Shown in pieces: positions 27,926-36,654 of a DNA stretch of 64,000 bases. A program made the position numbers and the translations under genes. This DNA is from Alphaproteobacteria bacterium (lineage in GTDB: Bacteria > Pseudomonadota > Alphaproteobacteria > RF32 > CAG-239), in the NCBI GenBank assembly GCA_045577985.1, contig JAZNJJ010000026.1, positions 19,403-83,402 of the forward strand, read 5' to 3'. Position 1 is the stretch's first letter, and each line of letters opens with the position of its first letter. The notes under the pieces are model-generated. The model was given only the letters and a program-made list of their open reading frames with translations. It made no database searches and was not told the DNA's origin.

Positions 27926-29413
27926 TTATTCAACACTTATTGTATAGCCGTTTTGACGTTCCATTAAATTACATGCTATTTCAAAATCATTGGCATTGCA
28001 TGAATATATTGTATATAAAACATCTCCACTTTTTACATAATCACCAACTTTTTTATGTAAGTCTATTCCTGAACCTAAATATTGTGTTGCACCGGCATAA
28101 ACTCCGATTTTATTAATAATGACATTATTAATCGCTTCAACAACTCCATCAAATGCAGAAACAACCTCGCGAGAATATTTTCCCAATTTGGGAACTTTTT
28201 TTAATCCTTGTGTATTTACAATTTGTTGAAAACTTTCTAAAGCTCTGCCACTTTCTAAAAGTTCTTTGGCTACAGCGTAACCTTTACCACCTCTTAATTG
28301 AGGATCAAATTCTAAGACCCTACCCGCTAAGAATAAAGATTTTTCTTTTAGATCTTGTGGGGCATCCTTATAATTTCTCAGAACTTTCATAACATCTCGG
28401 GCTTCTAAAACTGCGCCTATTCCGTTTCCTATTGGCTCACTACCATCAGTTATAACTGCATCAATTTCAATACCCAGCATATCACCGACATATTCTATTT
28501 GCTTGCGAATTCGCATTGCCTCATTGGTACTATGAATACGAGCCTTCTCTCCTACAGGGATATCCAAAACTAAGTGAGTTATTCCCATTGACATCATCAT
28601 TGATAATATGGATGCTATGACAAATTCGTTTTGATCTATTCCTAATTGACGACGAACATCATGTAATAATCGATTGGCTCTAGATATATAAAGAGCATCA
28701 TAACATACAATAGCTCCATTATTTGTGCGTAAGTGTTTTTGAAATTCGTTATCTTTAAGGTTTATTTCAGCCATACAACCTATTGTATCAGCAACACCTG
28801 CACATGATGTCAAAGAGTGAATACACGGTTTTGCTATGGGTAGTCCGTATGCAGCAACAATGGCCAAAACAATTAAATCTGTTTTATTGCCGGGTATTCC
28901 ACCTAAACAATGGTGATCAACTACTATACTTTTTTCATCCCAATGTAAAACCTTATTGCCAACTAATGCTTCTGTTAAAGAAACTAATTCAGAAGCACTC
29001 ATAAATGATGAACAAGCAACTAAAAAGGCTGCGATATCCATTTTTGAATATCTGCCTGAAGATATATCTTGCATAATATCTACATATTCAGATGATGTTA
29101 ATATATCTCCATTTATTTTGCGCTTTATGGCGTTTATACTTGGAGATGGGGATGATAAGCTTACACTTACCTCTATTCCTTCTGGCAAACCAAGTGCTGA
29201 AAATGCTTCATCATTTAATGCTATCTCATCTAGACCAACAATGCTCTCATCTTCAACAATTTGCAAAAAAGCATATACTGTTTTATTTTCACCTTGAATT
29301 TCAAGTTTGGTTATTTTGTTGATGTCATCAAGTTTATAAACTGTACAATTTTTGTTTATAATTGCAAAATTTTCACCAAACGATTTTAAAGATAAATGTT
29401 TTAGTTTGAGCAT
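27926..29413 (-). CDS. thymidine phosphorylase family protein (long ~500-aa form with N-terminal extra domain)
   Basis: Helical-bundle domain (LTSSEY..IMQDISSGRYSKMDIAAFLVA), an alpha/beta domain (DHHCLGGIPGNKT) and a PYNP C-terminal domain (VGDYVKSGDVLYTIYS). 14-nt gap after pilin-like P4. Confidence 0.7.
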   Translation of the reverse strand: MLKLKHLSLKSFGENFAIINKNCTVYKLDDINKITKLEIQGENKTVYAFLQIVEDESIVGLDEIALNDEAFSALGLPEGIEVSVSLSSPSPSINAIKRKINGDILTSSEYVDIMQDISSGRYSKMDIAAFLVACSSFMSASELVSLTEALVGNKVLHWDEKSIVVDHHCLGGIPGNKTDLIVLAIVAAYGLPIAKPCIHSLTSCAGVADTIGCMAEINLKDNEFQKHLRTNNGAIVCYDALYISRANRLLHDVRRQLGIDQNEFVIASILSMMMSMGITHLVLDIPVGEKARIHSTNEAMRIRKQIEYVGDMLGIEIDAVITDGSEPIGNGIGAVLEARDVMKVLRNYKDAPQDLKEKSLFLAGRVLEFDPQLRGGKGYAVAKELLESGRALESFQQIVNTQGLKKVPKLGKYSREVVSAFDGVVEAINNVIINKIGVYAGATQYLGSGIDLHKKVGDYVKSGDVLYTIYSCNANDFEIACNLMERQNGYTISVE

Positions 29414-29427
29414 TGTTATCTATACCA

Positions 29428-30051
29428 TTATCTAAATGACATTATTATTGTATTTGTATTACCACATGTATCTGTAGCAGTTCCTATACCCATAGGAGCT
29501 GGGTTTGTTGAATGCCCTGCTACAGCTAAATTAGCGGACAGTGAAGTGTTTAATCCAGATTGGATTGCACTATCAACTGAGGTTGGAGCATCCATATTAA
29601 CTGCTATGCCTCTAAAACCACTTGATGATGGACCACCCCAATTATTTGTAGCTATCTGCATACAAATATCTGTGCTTACATTTTCTAATTTTATTGAAAA
29701 TAAAACTCTTGGAGAACCAATGTAATAGATTGAATAATCAACATCTCCTGCACCAGTAAAACTAATGTTATCAGGATTAGATTCATCTTCGGTATATAAA
29801 AATGTGTCAGGTACAGCTTTAGCTTTTTTTACATAAGAATTAATTTGTGCTCCAGATGTTCCTTCATAATCTCTAGCAACAGTACGGACTTTACTGGCAA
29901 GTGTTGATACCTCATCCAATACTTCATTGATAGTGCTACTTGTTTGCATTTTATTTACTAAATTAAAACCACCAACAGATAATATTCCAACAATAGCCAG
30001 TACACCAAGCATCTCTATCATTGATCTACCTCTTTGGTAAAAATTTTTCAT
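29428..30051 (-). CDS. type IV pilin-like protein, paralog P4
   Basis: MKNFYQRG|RSMIEMLGVLAIVGILSVGG. Conserved C...IATNNWGG...SGF.GIAV and a C-terminal Cys. SD AAGGAG upstream. Confidence 0.7.
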   Translation of the reverse strand: MKNFYQRGRSMIEMLGVLAIVGILSVGGFNLVNKMQTSSTINEVLDEVSTLASKVRTVARDYEGTSGAQINSYVKKAKAVPDTFLYTEDESNPDNISFTGAGDVDYSIYYIGSPRVLFSIKLENVSTDICMQIATNNWGGPSSSGFRGIAVNMDAPTSVDSAIQSGLNTSLSANLAVAGHSTNPAPMGIGTATDTCGNTNTIIMSFR

Positions 30052-30078
30052 TTATTTTCTCCTTATTTTATATGTATT

Positions 30079-30678
30079 TTATTTACAACCTTTATACCAT
30101 AACTGAATAGTGTTATTTGAACCATTAGTACAATTTTCAACCGCTTTATCAACTGACATCGGATAATTTGATGAAAGAGAACTTACAGCAAAATCTTTGT
30201 CGGCACAATCACTTGTACAACTTTTAAAATATGAACCAACATCACTGTTGCCAATTGCAACACCTATCATTCCAGATGTTCGTCCTGTTCCCCAATCTGC
30301 GGTAGCTAATTTGATGCAACTGTCGTCAGAAAGATTGCTAATATTGATATTGAAATAGTCATTATCTCCATTAATCTGATATATTGAATCCATTATTCCA
30401 ACATATGTATTTGAACCGGAATCATAATATAAATTTGTTGGATAAGCATTTGACTTATACAAAAACAATGTATATGTTCTATAAGCTTTTTCATATTTGC
30501 AAGCAAACTTTTTTGCATATCTTGCTAAATCTGCTGTATCAGATAAAAGTTGTGCTTCGCGATGAGTTTGCATTGCTTTACCTATTATACCAAAACCACC
30601 AACAGAGAGTACTCCGACTATTGCTAAAACACTTATTGTTTCTAGCATTGTCCGACCAAGTTCACTTATTTTGAGCAT
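30079..30678 (-). CDS. type IV pilin-like protein, paralog P3
   Basis: MLKISELG|RTMLETISVLAIVGVLSVGG. Conserved DDSCIKLATADWGTGRTSGMIGVAI and a C-terminal Cys. SD GGAG upstream. Confidence 0.7.
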   Translation of the reverse strand: MLKISELGRTMLETISVLAIVGVLSVGGFGIIGKAMQTHREAQLLSDTADLARYAKKFACKYEKAYRTYTLFLYKSNAYPTNLYYDSGSNTYVGIMDSIYQINGDNDYFNINISNLSDDSCIKLATADWGTGRTSGMIGVAIGNSDVGSYFKSCTSDCADKDFAVSSLSSNYPMSVDKAVENCTNGSNNTIQLWYKGCK

Positions 30679-30707
30679 TATTTTCTCCTATGTATATTAT
30701 CACCTTC

Positions 30708-30728
30708 TAGCCCCAAAATATGGGGCTA
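30708..30728 (-). other. 8-bp GC-rich stem-loop without a U-tract between the 851-aa gene and P3
   Basis: TAGCCCCAaaataTGGGGCTA. No T-run follows it on the minus strand, so it could be a processing or stability hairpin rather than a terminator. Confidence 0.5.
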
Positions 30729-30734
30729 TAGCGA

Positions 30735-33290
30735 TTATTTTCGTTCTTCAGGTTTCATTGCTTCAGGAGCTTTCTGAATTTTCTTAATTTGCTCAGTGAC
30801 TGGCTTATATACAGTTTGTTGCCATGGACTTTCTTCAACATATTCATGCCCACAAATACTGATACCAAGACTACGTAATGCTGTTTCAGTTGGGATAAAC
30901 ATATCTAATCCATCATCTGTTTTTGTGCCAGAATGAGCCATACCATTTATTGTACAATCTTTGTAAATTAAAGCTCCGCCAACTGTAACATTTTGAATGA
31001 ATGTGTTAGCCAGTATTTCTGCTCCTTTATCTTCTGTATATCGATATCCTTCAATTCGAGCACTATTTTCTAAATAGTCTTCGCCATTTTTAAAGTCAGA
31101 TACATCTAATAGACCTACAGTTAAGAACCCACTTTTACCAACTTCTGGTAAGCTTAAGTTAAGAGCAAGAGGAGTATATTCTGTGCTTTTATCAAGCATG
31201 AACAAAGCTGTATTTTTGCTCGGATTAATGCGTACGGCACGAGCCTTTAATTCGTCATTACGAATTGTTTTAATATCATAACTGTTGTTTTCTTTATCTA
31301 CTAAATCTCCTGCAGTTAAAACGAATCTATCTGAGATTAATAGTCCTGCACCTTTTCTTCCATTTGGACTGGTTATTTGAACTATTGATGAACGCATACG
31401 ATGTATGGTTTCAGGTGTTAATGCTTTGCATGGATCTGTTTCTACTACACAGAAATTATCTAAGCTTTTTGCATCTCCTGTTTCAACCCATGTATCGTCG
31501 ACAACTTGGCACATTCCATCGTCTTTCACGTTACCATTTTCATCTATACAAGAATTTATGATATCAAAACTGCTGTATACATTTCCGTCTTCGAAGATAA
31601 CATCACATCCTTCTGAAACAACCAGACCATCTGATATTACTCCGCCAGAATCTAATACGACATCGCAAACTTCTTCATTTATAACAATTCCATCGCTGTT
31701 TACACCACCCTCAATAGTAATACCATCAGCTTTAACTCCACCATCTGCAACAATGGCATCGCAAGTTTCTTTGGTGAGAATTATTCCATCAGCCACAACA
31801 CCGCCTTTTGCTAATATATTATCACAAACCTCTTCAGTGATCGTAATTCCATCAGCAGTTACTCCGCCTTTCGCAACTATAGCATCACAGGTTTCTTCTG
31901 TAAGGATGATTCCATCAGCTACAACCCCACCTTTATTTGTTATATTATCACAAACTTCTTCCGTAATAATAATTCCGTCAGCATTTGTTCCGCCACTAGA
32001 AACAATTGTGTTGCAAATTTCTTCTTTGATAGAGAAACCATTTCCGTTAACTCCACCATCTTCATAAATCTCAACAACTGGAATAGCTGAGGTTGTTGGC
32101 GGACAGCTACAAGTACAAACACCATCTTCATGGAAAACTGTTACAGGTTCAGGTATAACAGGTGTAACAGGAACTGTTTCGGCAATAGGAGTAAATTGAA
32201 CAGCTTGTTCACAAGTTTGTGGACATACGCAAGGAGGACATGGACGACATTTAGAAATATCTGCTCCTGGACGACCTAACTCACAATCTTTGGCTTGATC
32301 ATATTCTTTTCTAAATCCACATTTTAATGGATTTAAGGCTCTTTCTTCTTCAATTAATGCATTACGTTGCATTGCCATCTCTGTAGGGCTTATACGTTGC
32401 ATTAATCTATCTTCAAAACCAGGTAGATTGCGTAAATTACTTGTTGCATCAGCAAATGCACGTTCAATTAATTTAACTTCACCATTTATTTCCCCGTTGT
32501 ATAATTCTCCATAACCAACACTTTCACCTTTCCAATATACTTTATTTTTTGTTAAATCCATTAAACGCCAGGTGATAGTTATTTCTGAAGAACCACTTCT
32601 AATATCTTCTTTTTTAGCTTCATCCCAATTATATTCATCACAAATATTCATAAAATAATCGGTAATCTCTGCCGTTAAAACATATTCAGGAAGCTCTGAA
32701 GGAACTTCTTCTAAACACAAATCTTGAGGCATTGGCAAAACCTTATAACAATCACCAACTACTTCTTCAAATACTGTATTAAAGGCAATATTTTTTTCCA
32801 TAATACGCCCCTTATTCAATACAGCTTCCTTATCAAAACGGCGGCAACCGAAAATACGGAATCGATAATTTCCTAATTTATTGGTATAAGGAGAATCTAA
32901 TTCACTATCTTTTATTCTAAAGTCTACATGAGATAAAGTAATTGGAGCCATTTGACAACAATTACGTTCTACCGCCTCAGCAACAACAGGATTATATGGA
33001 ACATAGTTTTTAACTTTTACACGCTCTACGCATTTTTTGCAGGTACCAGGGAAAAGACTGCCGTCTTTTGTGCAACGAACACATGGGCCTCCAGGAAAAA
33101 GACTTCCATCTTTATCTGTTGAACAATTAGGACAAATTCCTCCCGGAAATAAACTTCCATCCTTATTTAATCGCACATTTTGAGGAACGTTATTTTCATT
33201 ACCATATCCGGCAACAACTGTGCCGGCAGTAAGAATACTAAATCCTAATACAGCGGATAATATATATAACAATTTGTTATGTTTATTCAT
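30735..33290 (-). CDS. 851-aa secreted Cys-rich repeat protein with a C-terminal degenerate trypsin-like domain
   Basis: Signal peptide; 3x KDGSLFPGG-C..C (aa 43-83); Cys/Pro-rich linker (CRPCPPCVCPQTC); about seven 21-aa repeats GGV.ADGI.(I/L)TEE.CD.I..K (aa 412-570); C-terminal GAGLLISDRFVLTAGDLV ... NTALFMLD ... VTVGGALIY, which resembles a chymotrypsin-fold domain with all three triad positions replaced. Confidence 0.7.
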   Translation of the reverse strand: MNKHNKLLYILSAVLGFSILTAGTVVAGYGNENNVPQNVRLNKDGSLFPGGICPNCSTDKDGSLFPGGPCVRCTKDGSLFPGTCKKCVERVKVKNYVPYNPVVAEAVERNCCQMAPITLSHVDFRIKDSELDSPYTNKLGNYRFRIFGCRRFDKEAVLNKGRIMEKNIAFNTVFEEVVGDCYKVLPMPQDLCLEEVPSELPEYVLTAEITDYFMNICDEYNWDEAKKEDIRSGSSEITITWRLMDLTKNKVYWKGESVGYGELYNGEINGEVKLIERAFADATSNLRNLPGFEDRLMQRISPTEMAMQRNALIEEERALNPLKCGFRKEYDQAKDCELGRPGADISKCRPCPPCVCPQTCEQAVQFTPIAETVPVTPVIPEPVTVFHEDGVCTCSCPPTTSAIPVVEIYEDGGVNGNGFSIKEEICNTIVSSGGTNADGIIITEEVCDNITNKGGVVADGIILTEETCDAIVAKGGVTADGITITEEVCDNILAKGGVVADGIILTKETCDAIVADGGVKADGITIEGGVNSDGIVINEEVCDVVLDSGGVISDGLVVSEGCDVIFEDGNVYSSFDIINSCIDENGNVKDDGMCQVVDDTWVETGDAKSLDNFCVVETDPCKALTPETIHRMRSSIVQITSPNGRKGAGLLISDRFVLTAGDLVDKENNSYDIKTIRNDELKARAVRINPSKNTALFMLDKSTEYTPLALNLSLPEVGKSGFLTVGLLDVSDFKNGEDYLENSARIEGYRYTEDKGAEILANTFIQNVTVGGALIYKDCTINGMAHSGTKTDDGLDMFIPTETALRSLGISICGHEYVEESPWQQTVYKPVTEQIKKIQKAPEAMKPEERK
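31581..32057 (-). repeat. about seven tandem 63-nt (21-aa) coding repeats inside the 851-aa gene
   Basis: GGVVADGIILTEETCDAIVAK / GGVTADGITITEEVCDNILAK and similar units. They also produce a long antisense shadow ORF (31405..32067). Confidence 0.85.
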
Positions 33291-33301
33291 TATGTTTTCT
33301 C

Positions 33302-34825
33302 CTATACCTGTTTTGCGGGCATAACATATCTATACGATAATGCCTCTGCTATGTGTACTTTAGACACATTTTTTTCATTTTGCAAGTCTGCAATCGTTCT
33401 TGCCAACTTCAATGTTCGATGATATGCCCTTGCAGACATCTTCATTTTGTCTGCAAAGTTTATCAAAAGTTCTTTCGCATCAGCTGTTAATTGCGTAACT
33501 TCTTCAAGTATATCGCCTTTAAGTTGAGAATTTGTACGCAAATTAGGACAACCTAGCTGTATAAAACGCTCTTGTTGAATCTTTCGAGCCTTAATTACTC
33601 TGTTTCTGATTACTTCTGAACTTTCACCTTTTTTTACTTCAGAAATATCCCAAGGACTGACCGGAGGTACTTGTATATGTATATCGAATCTATCCATCAA
33701 TGGACCAGAAATTTTTGATTGATATTCTTCGGCACATTTTGGAGCTCTAGTACATTCTTGTCCATTATGTCCTAAATATCCGCAACGACAAGGGTTCATC
33801 GCAGCAATGAGCTGGAAATTTGCAGGATATTGAGTATGACAATTTACTCGTGAAATTGTAACGTAACCAGTTTCAATCGGCTGTCTTAGAGCCTCCAATG
33901 TTGCTCGATTAAATTCAGGTAATTCATCTAAGAACAGCACTCCATTATGTGCTAAAGAAATTTCACCAGGTGTCCCTTTTCGACCACCGCCGACTAAAGC
34001 AGGAGTTGAAGCATTGTGATGAGGATCTCGATATGGACGATCAAAACTAATTTCACTATCTTTTAATTCTCCGGCAATAGAATGAATCATACAAGTTTCC
34101 AAAGCTTCTTCGGTTGTTAAAGGAGGTAGGATAGTTGTTAATCTTGACGCCAACATGGATTTACCAGCTCCAGGAGTGCCAACCATTAATAAATTATGAG
34201 CTCCTGCCGCTGCAATTTCTAATGCTCTTTTAGCCGTTTCTTGCCCTTTAACATCTGACATATCTAAGTCGGATATCGGACTCTTTTTCTGTTTTGCAAT
34301 TGGATAAGGAAGCTGTTGAACTCCTTTAAAATGATTTATTAACGACAATAAATCCGGAGCTGCGACAATATCTTTCAATCCAGACCACACCGCCTCACTT
34401 CCTTGCCTTTCAGGACAAATTAAACCTTTATGTTTACGATTTGCATGAATAGCGACAGGGAGGACACCATTGACTGATAAAATAGATGCATCTAATCCCA
34501 ACTCACCAACAACAACATACCCCATTATATCTTCGGCAGGTATAATTCCCATTCCTACTAACAATGCTGTGGCAATCGGCAAATCAAAATGAGAGCCCTC
34601 TTTTAATAAGTCTGCCGGAGCTAGATTAATGGTTATGCGTTTTGCCGGTATTTCTAAGCCTATAGTGTTTAGAGCTGCTCGAACTCTTTCCTTGCTTTCT
34701 GCAATTGTTTTATCAGGAAGACCGACAATATTAAAAGCGGGTAATCCTGATGATATTTGCAACTGCAAATCCACGTCTAAAGTAGATAATCCATTAAAAG
34801 CGATAGTATTTACACGAGCTAACAT
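33302..34825 (-). CDS. comM: ComM/YifB Mg-chelatase-like AAA+ ATPase
   Basis: N-terminal Lon-protease-like fold start (MLARVNTIAFNGL...GLPAFNIVGLPD), Walker A GTPGAGKSM, Walker B VLFLDELPEF and a C-terminal Mg-chelatase subunit ChlI domain. Start trimmed to 34825. Confidence 0.9.
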   Translation of the reverse strand: MLARVNTIAFNGLSTLDVDLQLQISSGLPAFNIVGLPDKTIAESKERVRAALNTIGLEIPAKRITINLAPADLLKEGSHFDLPIATALLVGMGIIPAEDIMGYVVVGELGLDASILSVNGVLPVAIHANRKHKGLICPERQGSEAVWSGLKDIVAAPDLLSLINHFKGVQQLPYPIAKQKKSPISDLDMSDVKGQETAKRALEIAAAGAHNLLMVGTPGAGKSMLASRLTTILPPLTTEEALETCMIHSIAGELKDSEISFDRPYRDPHHNASTPALVGGGRKGTPGEISLAHNGVLFLDELPEFNRATLEALRQPIETGYVTISRVNCHTQYPANFQLIAAMNPCRCGYLGHNGQECTRAPKCAEEYQSKISGPLMDRFDIHIQVPPVSPWDISEVKKGESSEVIRNRVIKARKIQQERFIQLGCPNLRTNSQLKGDILEEVTQLTADAKELLINFADKMKMSARAYHRTLKLARTIADLQNEKNVSKVHIAEALSYRYVMPAKQV

Positions 34826-34826
34826 C

Positions 34827-35360
34827 TTACCACCTTGGAACATTTTCTCCACTACGCCAACGACGAGACGGATATACTCCTCTCTTCAACGTATCATATT
34901 TTGCAGACATACGCGGAATATTACTTAATCTTACATAGCAAGAGTTTTCAAGACGCTTAACACATTTTTCTACAGCTTCTTCAGGTCCACGACAATATGC
35001 CAAAATTCTAGTATTAGGATCTTGTAATACTACCTGATTTCTGAAATATTTGTTATTTTCAACATCTGGAAATTCTCCTTCAATTTCATCAGGATTAAAT
35101 TCCTTTGTCATGAACTCTTGAGATGTTTCAGTTGTAACAAAATCTGAACAAGCTGGAACTTCATATTGCCCCTGTTCATCATAAACGACTACGGTTGTTT
35201 TATTTTCACATTCTGGAACTAAAAACTCTTTTTCTTCTAAAGTTACATCTGCTCCATATTTCACCTCTTTAGATGGTAGCCTATGATAACTGTCTATTTC
35301 TACACACCCTGTGGTAAAAAATACGAAAAATAATATCAAAATTTTACAAATTTGCTTCAT
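34827..35360 (-). CDS. hypothetical lipoprotein (first gene of the comM / pilin-like cluster)
   Basis: Lipobox FFTTGC; acidic, with several Cys. Its stop lies 1 nt before the comM start. Confidence 0.5.
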   Translation of the reverse strand: MKQICKILILFFVFFTTGCVEIDSYHRLPSKEVKYGADVTLEEKEFLVPECENKTTVVVYDEQGQYEVPACSDFVTTETSQEFMTKEFNPDEIEGEFPDVENNKYFRNQVVLQDPNTRILAYCRGPEEAVEKCVKRLENSCYVRLSNIPRMSAKYDTLKRGVYPSRRWRSGENVPRW

Positions 35361-35440
35361 TTTACACCTTAATAAAAACTAGTTTGTTTTAATTTAGCCT
35401 CTAAATGTTAAAATTATATTTATTTCAAATAAAAAAATAC

Positions 35441-35564
35441 TTGCATTTACTTAGTTTTTGTGTATATTAACGCTCGTCCCTTGCCGGATTTATTTATGTT
35501 CGGCTATACATTAACCGACCTGAAAAGGTCTTTTGTTGAGTAATCCATAAGGAGATATTGAAAT
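35441..35564 (+). promoter_or_regulatory. candidate rpsF promoter (TTGCAT-N16-TATATT) plus a ~95-nt GC-richer 5' leader
   Basis: Hexamers at 35441-35446 and 35463-35468. The leader contains CGCTCGTCCCTTGCCGG...CGGCT...CCGACCTGAAAAGGTC, with pairing potential. Confidence 0.4.
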
Positions 35565-35903
35565 ATGGCAAATTATGAAGGCGTATTAATCGCCCGTCAA
35601 GATCTCGGTTCTTCTCAAGTAAATAATATCGTTTCTGAGTTGAGCGATGTTATTAAGGCAGAAGGCGGAGAAGTTGTTAAAGTTGATAATTGGGGTTTGA
35701 AAAACCTTGCTTATCGTATTAAGAAAAACCGCAAAGGTCACTATGTTTTGTTAAACATTGTTGCTCCTGCTAAAGCTATTAGCGAATATGAAAGACGCAT
35801 CAGACTTAGCGAAGATATTATTCGTTACATGACTGTTAAAGTAGAAGATTTCAACAGCGAAATGTCTTCAGACAGTGAAGTTAGTGCAGTTGAAGAAGCA
35901 TAG
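35565..35903 (+). CDS. rpsF: 30S ribosomal protein S6
   Basis: YE...I.R.D..........I...GG.V.....WG.K.LAY.I.K...G.Y pattern, with an acidic tail. Confidence 0.95.
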   Translation: MANYEGVLIARQDLGSSQVNNIVSELSDVIKAEGGEVVKVDNWGLKNLAYRIKKNRKGHYVLLNIVAPAKAISEYERRIRLSEDIIRYMTVKVEDFNSEMSSDSEVSAVEEA

Positions 35904-35914
35904 GAGTAATTAAA

Positions 35915-36139
35915 ATGGCAAAACAAACTTTTTTCAAAAGAAAATCTTGTCCTTTTTCTGGTGAAAATGGAATTAAGATTGATTATAAAGATGTGAAGTT
36001 ACTTTCTCGTTATGTTTCTGAGAAAGGTAAAATTATTCCTTCACGTATTACATCTGTTTCAGCTAAGAAACAAAGAGAATTAGCTCGTGCAATTAAACGT
36101 GCTCGCTATATTGCTTTGTTACCATATGTTGCTATGTAG
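35915..36139 (+). CDS. rpsR: 30S ribosomal protein S18
   Basis: FFKRKSCPF...[45 protein letters not shown]. Confidence 0.95.
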   Translation: MAKQTFFKRKSCPFSGENGIKIDYKDVKLLSRYVSEKGKIIPSRITSVSAKKQRELARAIKRARYIALLPYVAM

Positions 36140-36148
36140 GAGGGTATT

Positions 36149-36634
36149 ATGGAAGTTATTTTACTCGAACACGTAGAAAAATTAGGTAAAATGGGTGATA
36201 AAGTTTCTGTAAAGAATGGTTATGCTCGTAACTATTTATTACCTCAAGGTAAAGCTTTGCGTGCAACAGATGCTAATATGGCTTATTTTGAAGCTCAAAA
36301 AGCTGCTTTAGAAACTCGCAATAAAGAATTATTTAATGAAGCTTCTAAGTTAGCTGAGTCATTAAATGGCTTTAGCGCTATTTTGATTCGTCAAGCAGCT
36401 GAAACAGGACAATTATATGGTTCTGTTACTATTCGTGATATTGCAAGCGCAATTAAAGAAGCTGGTTTCGAAGTTGCTCGTCGCTATGTTTATTTGGAAA
36501 AACCTATTAAAGATTTAGGTATTTACCAAGTTAAATTAAACTTGCACCCTGAAGTTTCTCAGACAATTTTAGTAAATATTGCTAGAAGCTCTGAAGAAGC
36601 TAAGAAACAAGCTAAATCTTTCAGTCAGGAATAA
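36149..36634 (+). CDS. rplI: 50S ribosomal protein L9
   Basis: MEVILLE.VEKLGKMGD.V.VK.GYARNYL.PQGKA. Confidence 0.95.
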   Translation: MEVILLEHVEKLGKMGDKVSVKNGYARNYLLPQGKALRATDANMAYFEAQKAALETRNKELFNEASKLAESLNGFSAILIRQAAETGQLYGSVTIRDIASAIKEAGFEVARRYVYLEKPIKDLGIYQVKLNLHPEVSQTILVNIARSSEEAKKQAKSFSQE

Positions 36635-36654
36635 TTTTCTGAAATAGATTAAAA

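Noticed and set aside
31581-32057. Possible CRISPR-like array, because of regular ~63-nt periodicity
   Set aside because: The repeats are imperfect, contiguous without unique spacers, in frame, and encode a coherent peptide repeat. No cas genes are present.
31405-32067. 220-aa plus-strand ORF with striking IPSA(T/V)TPP repeats
   Set aside because: It is the antisense shadow of the 21-aa repeats in the 851-aa minus-strand gene. It has no start context, and the periodicity is fully explained by the sense-strand repeats. The same reasoning applies to antisense ORFs within secD (8856-9380), secF (8194-8523), dnaK (26590-27009), the thymidine-phosphorylase-like gene (28783-29322), prmC (39276-39575) and others on the track.
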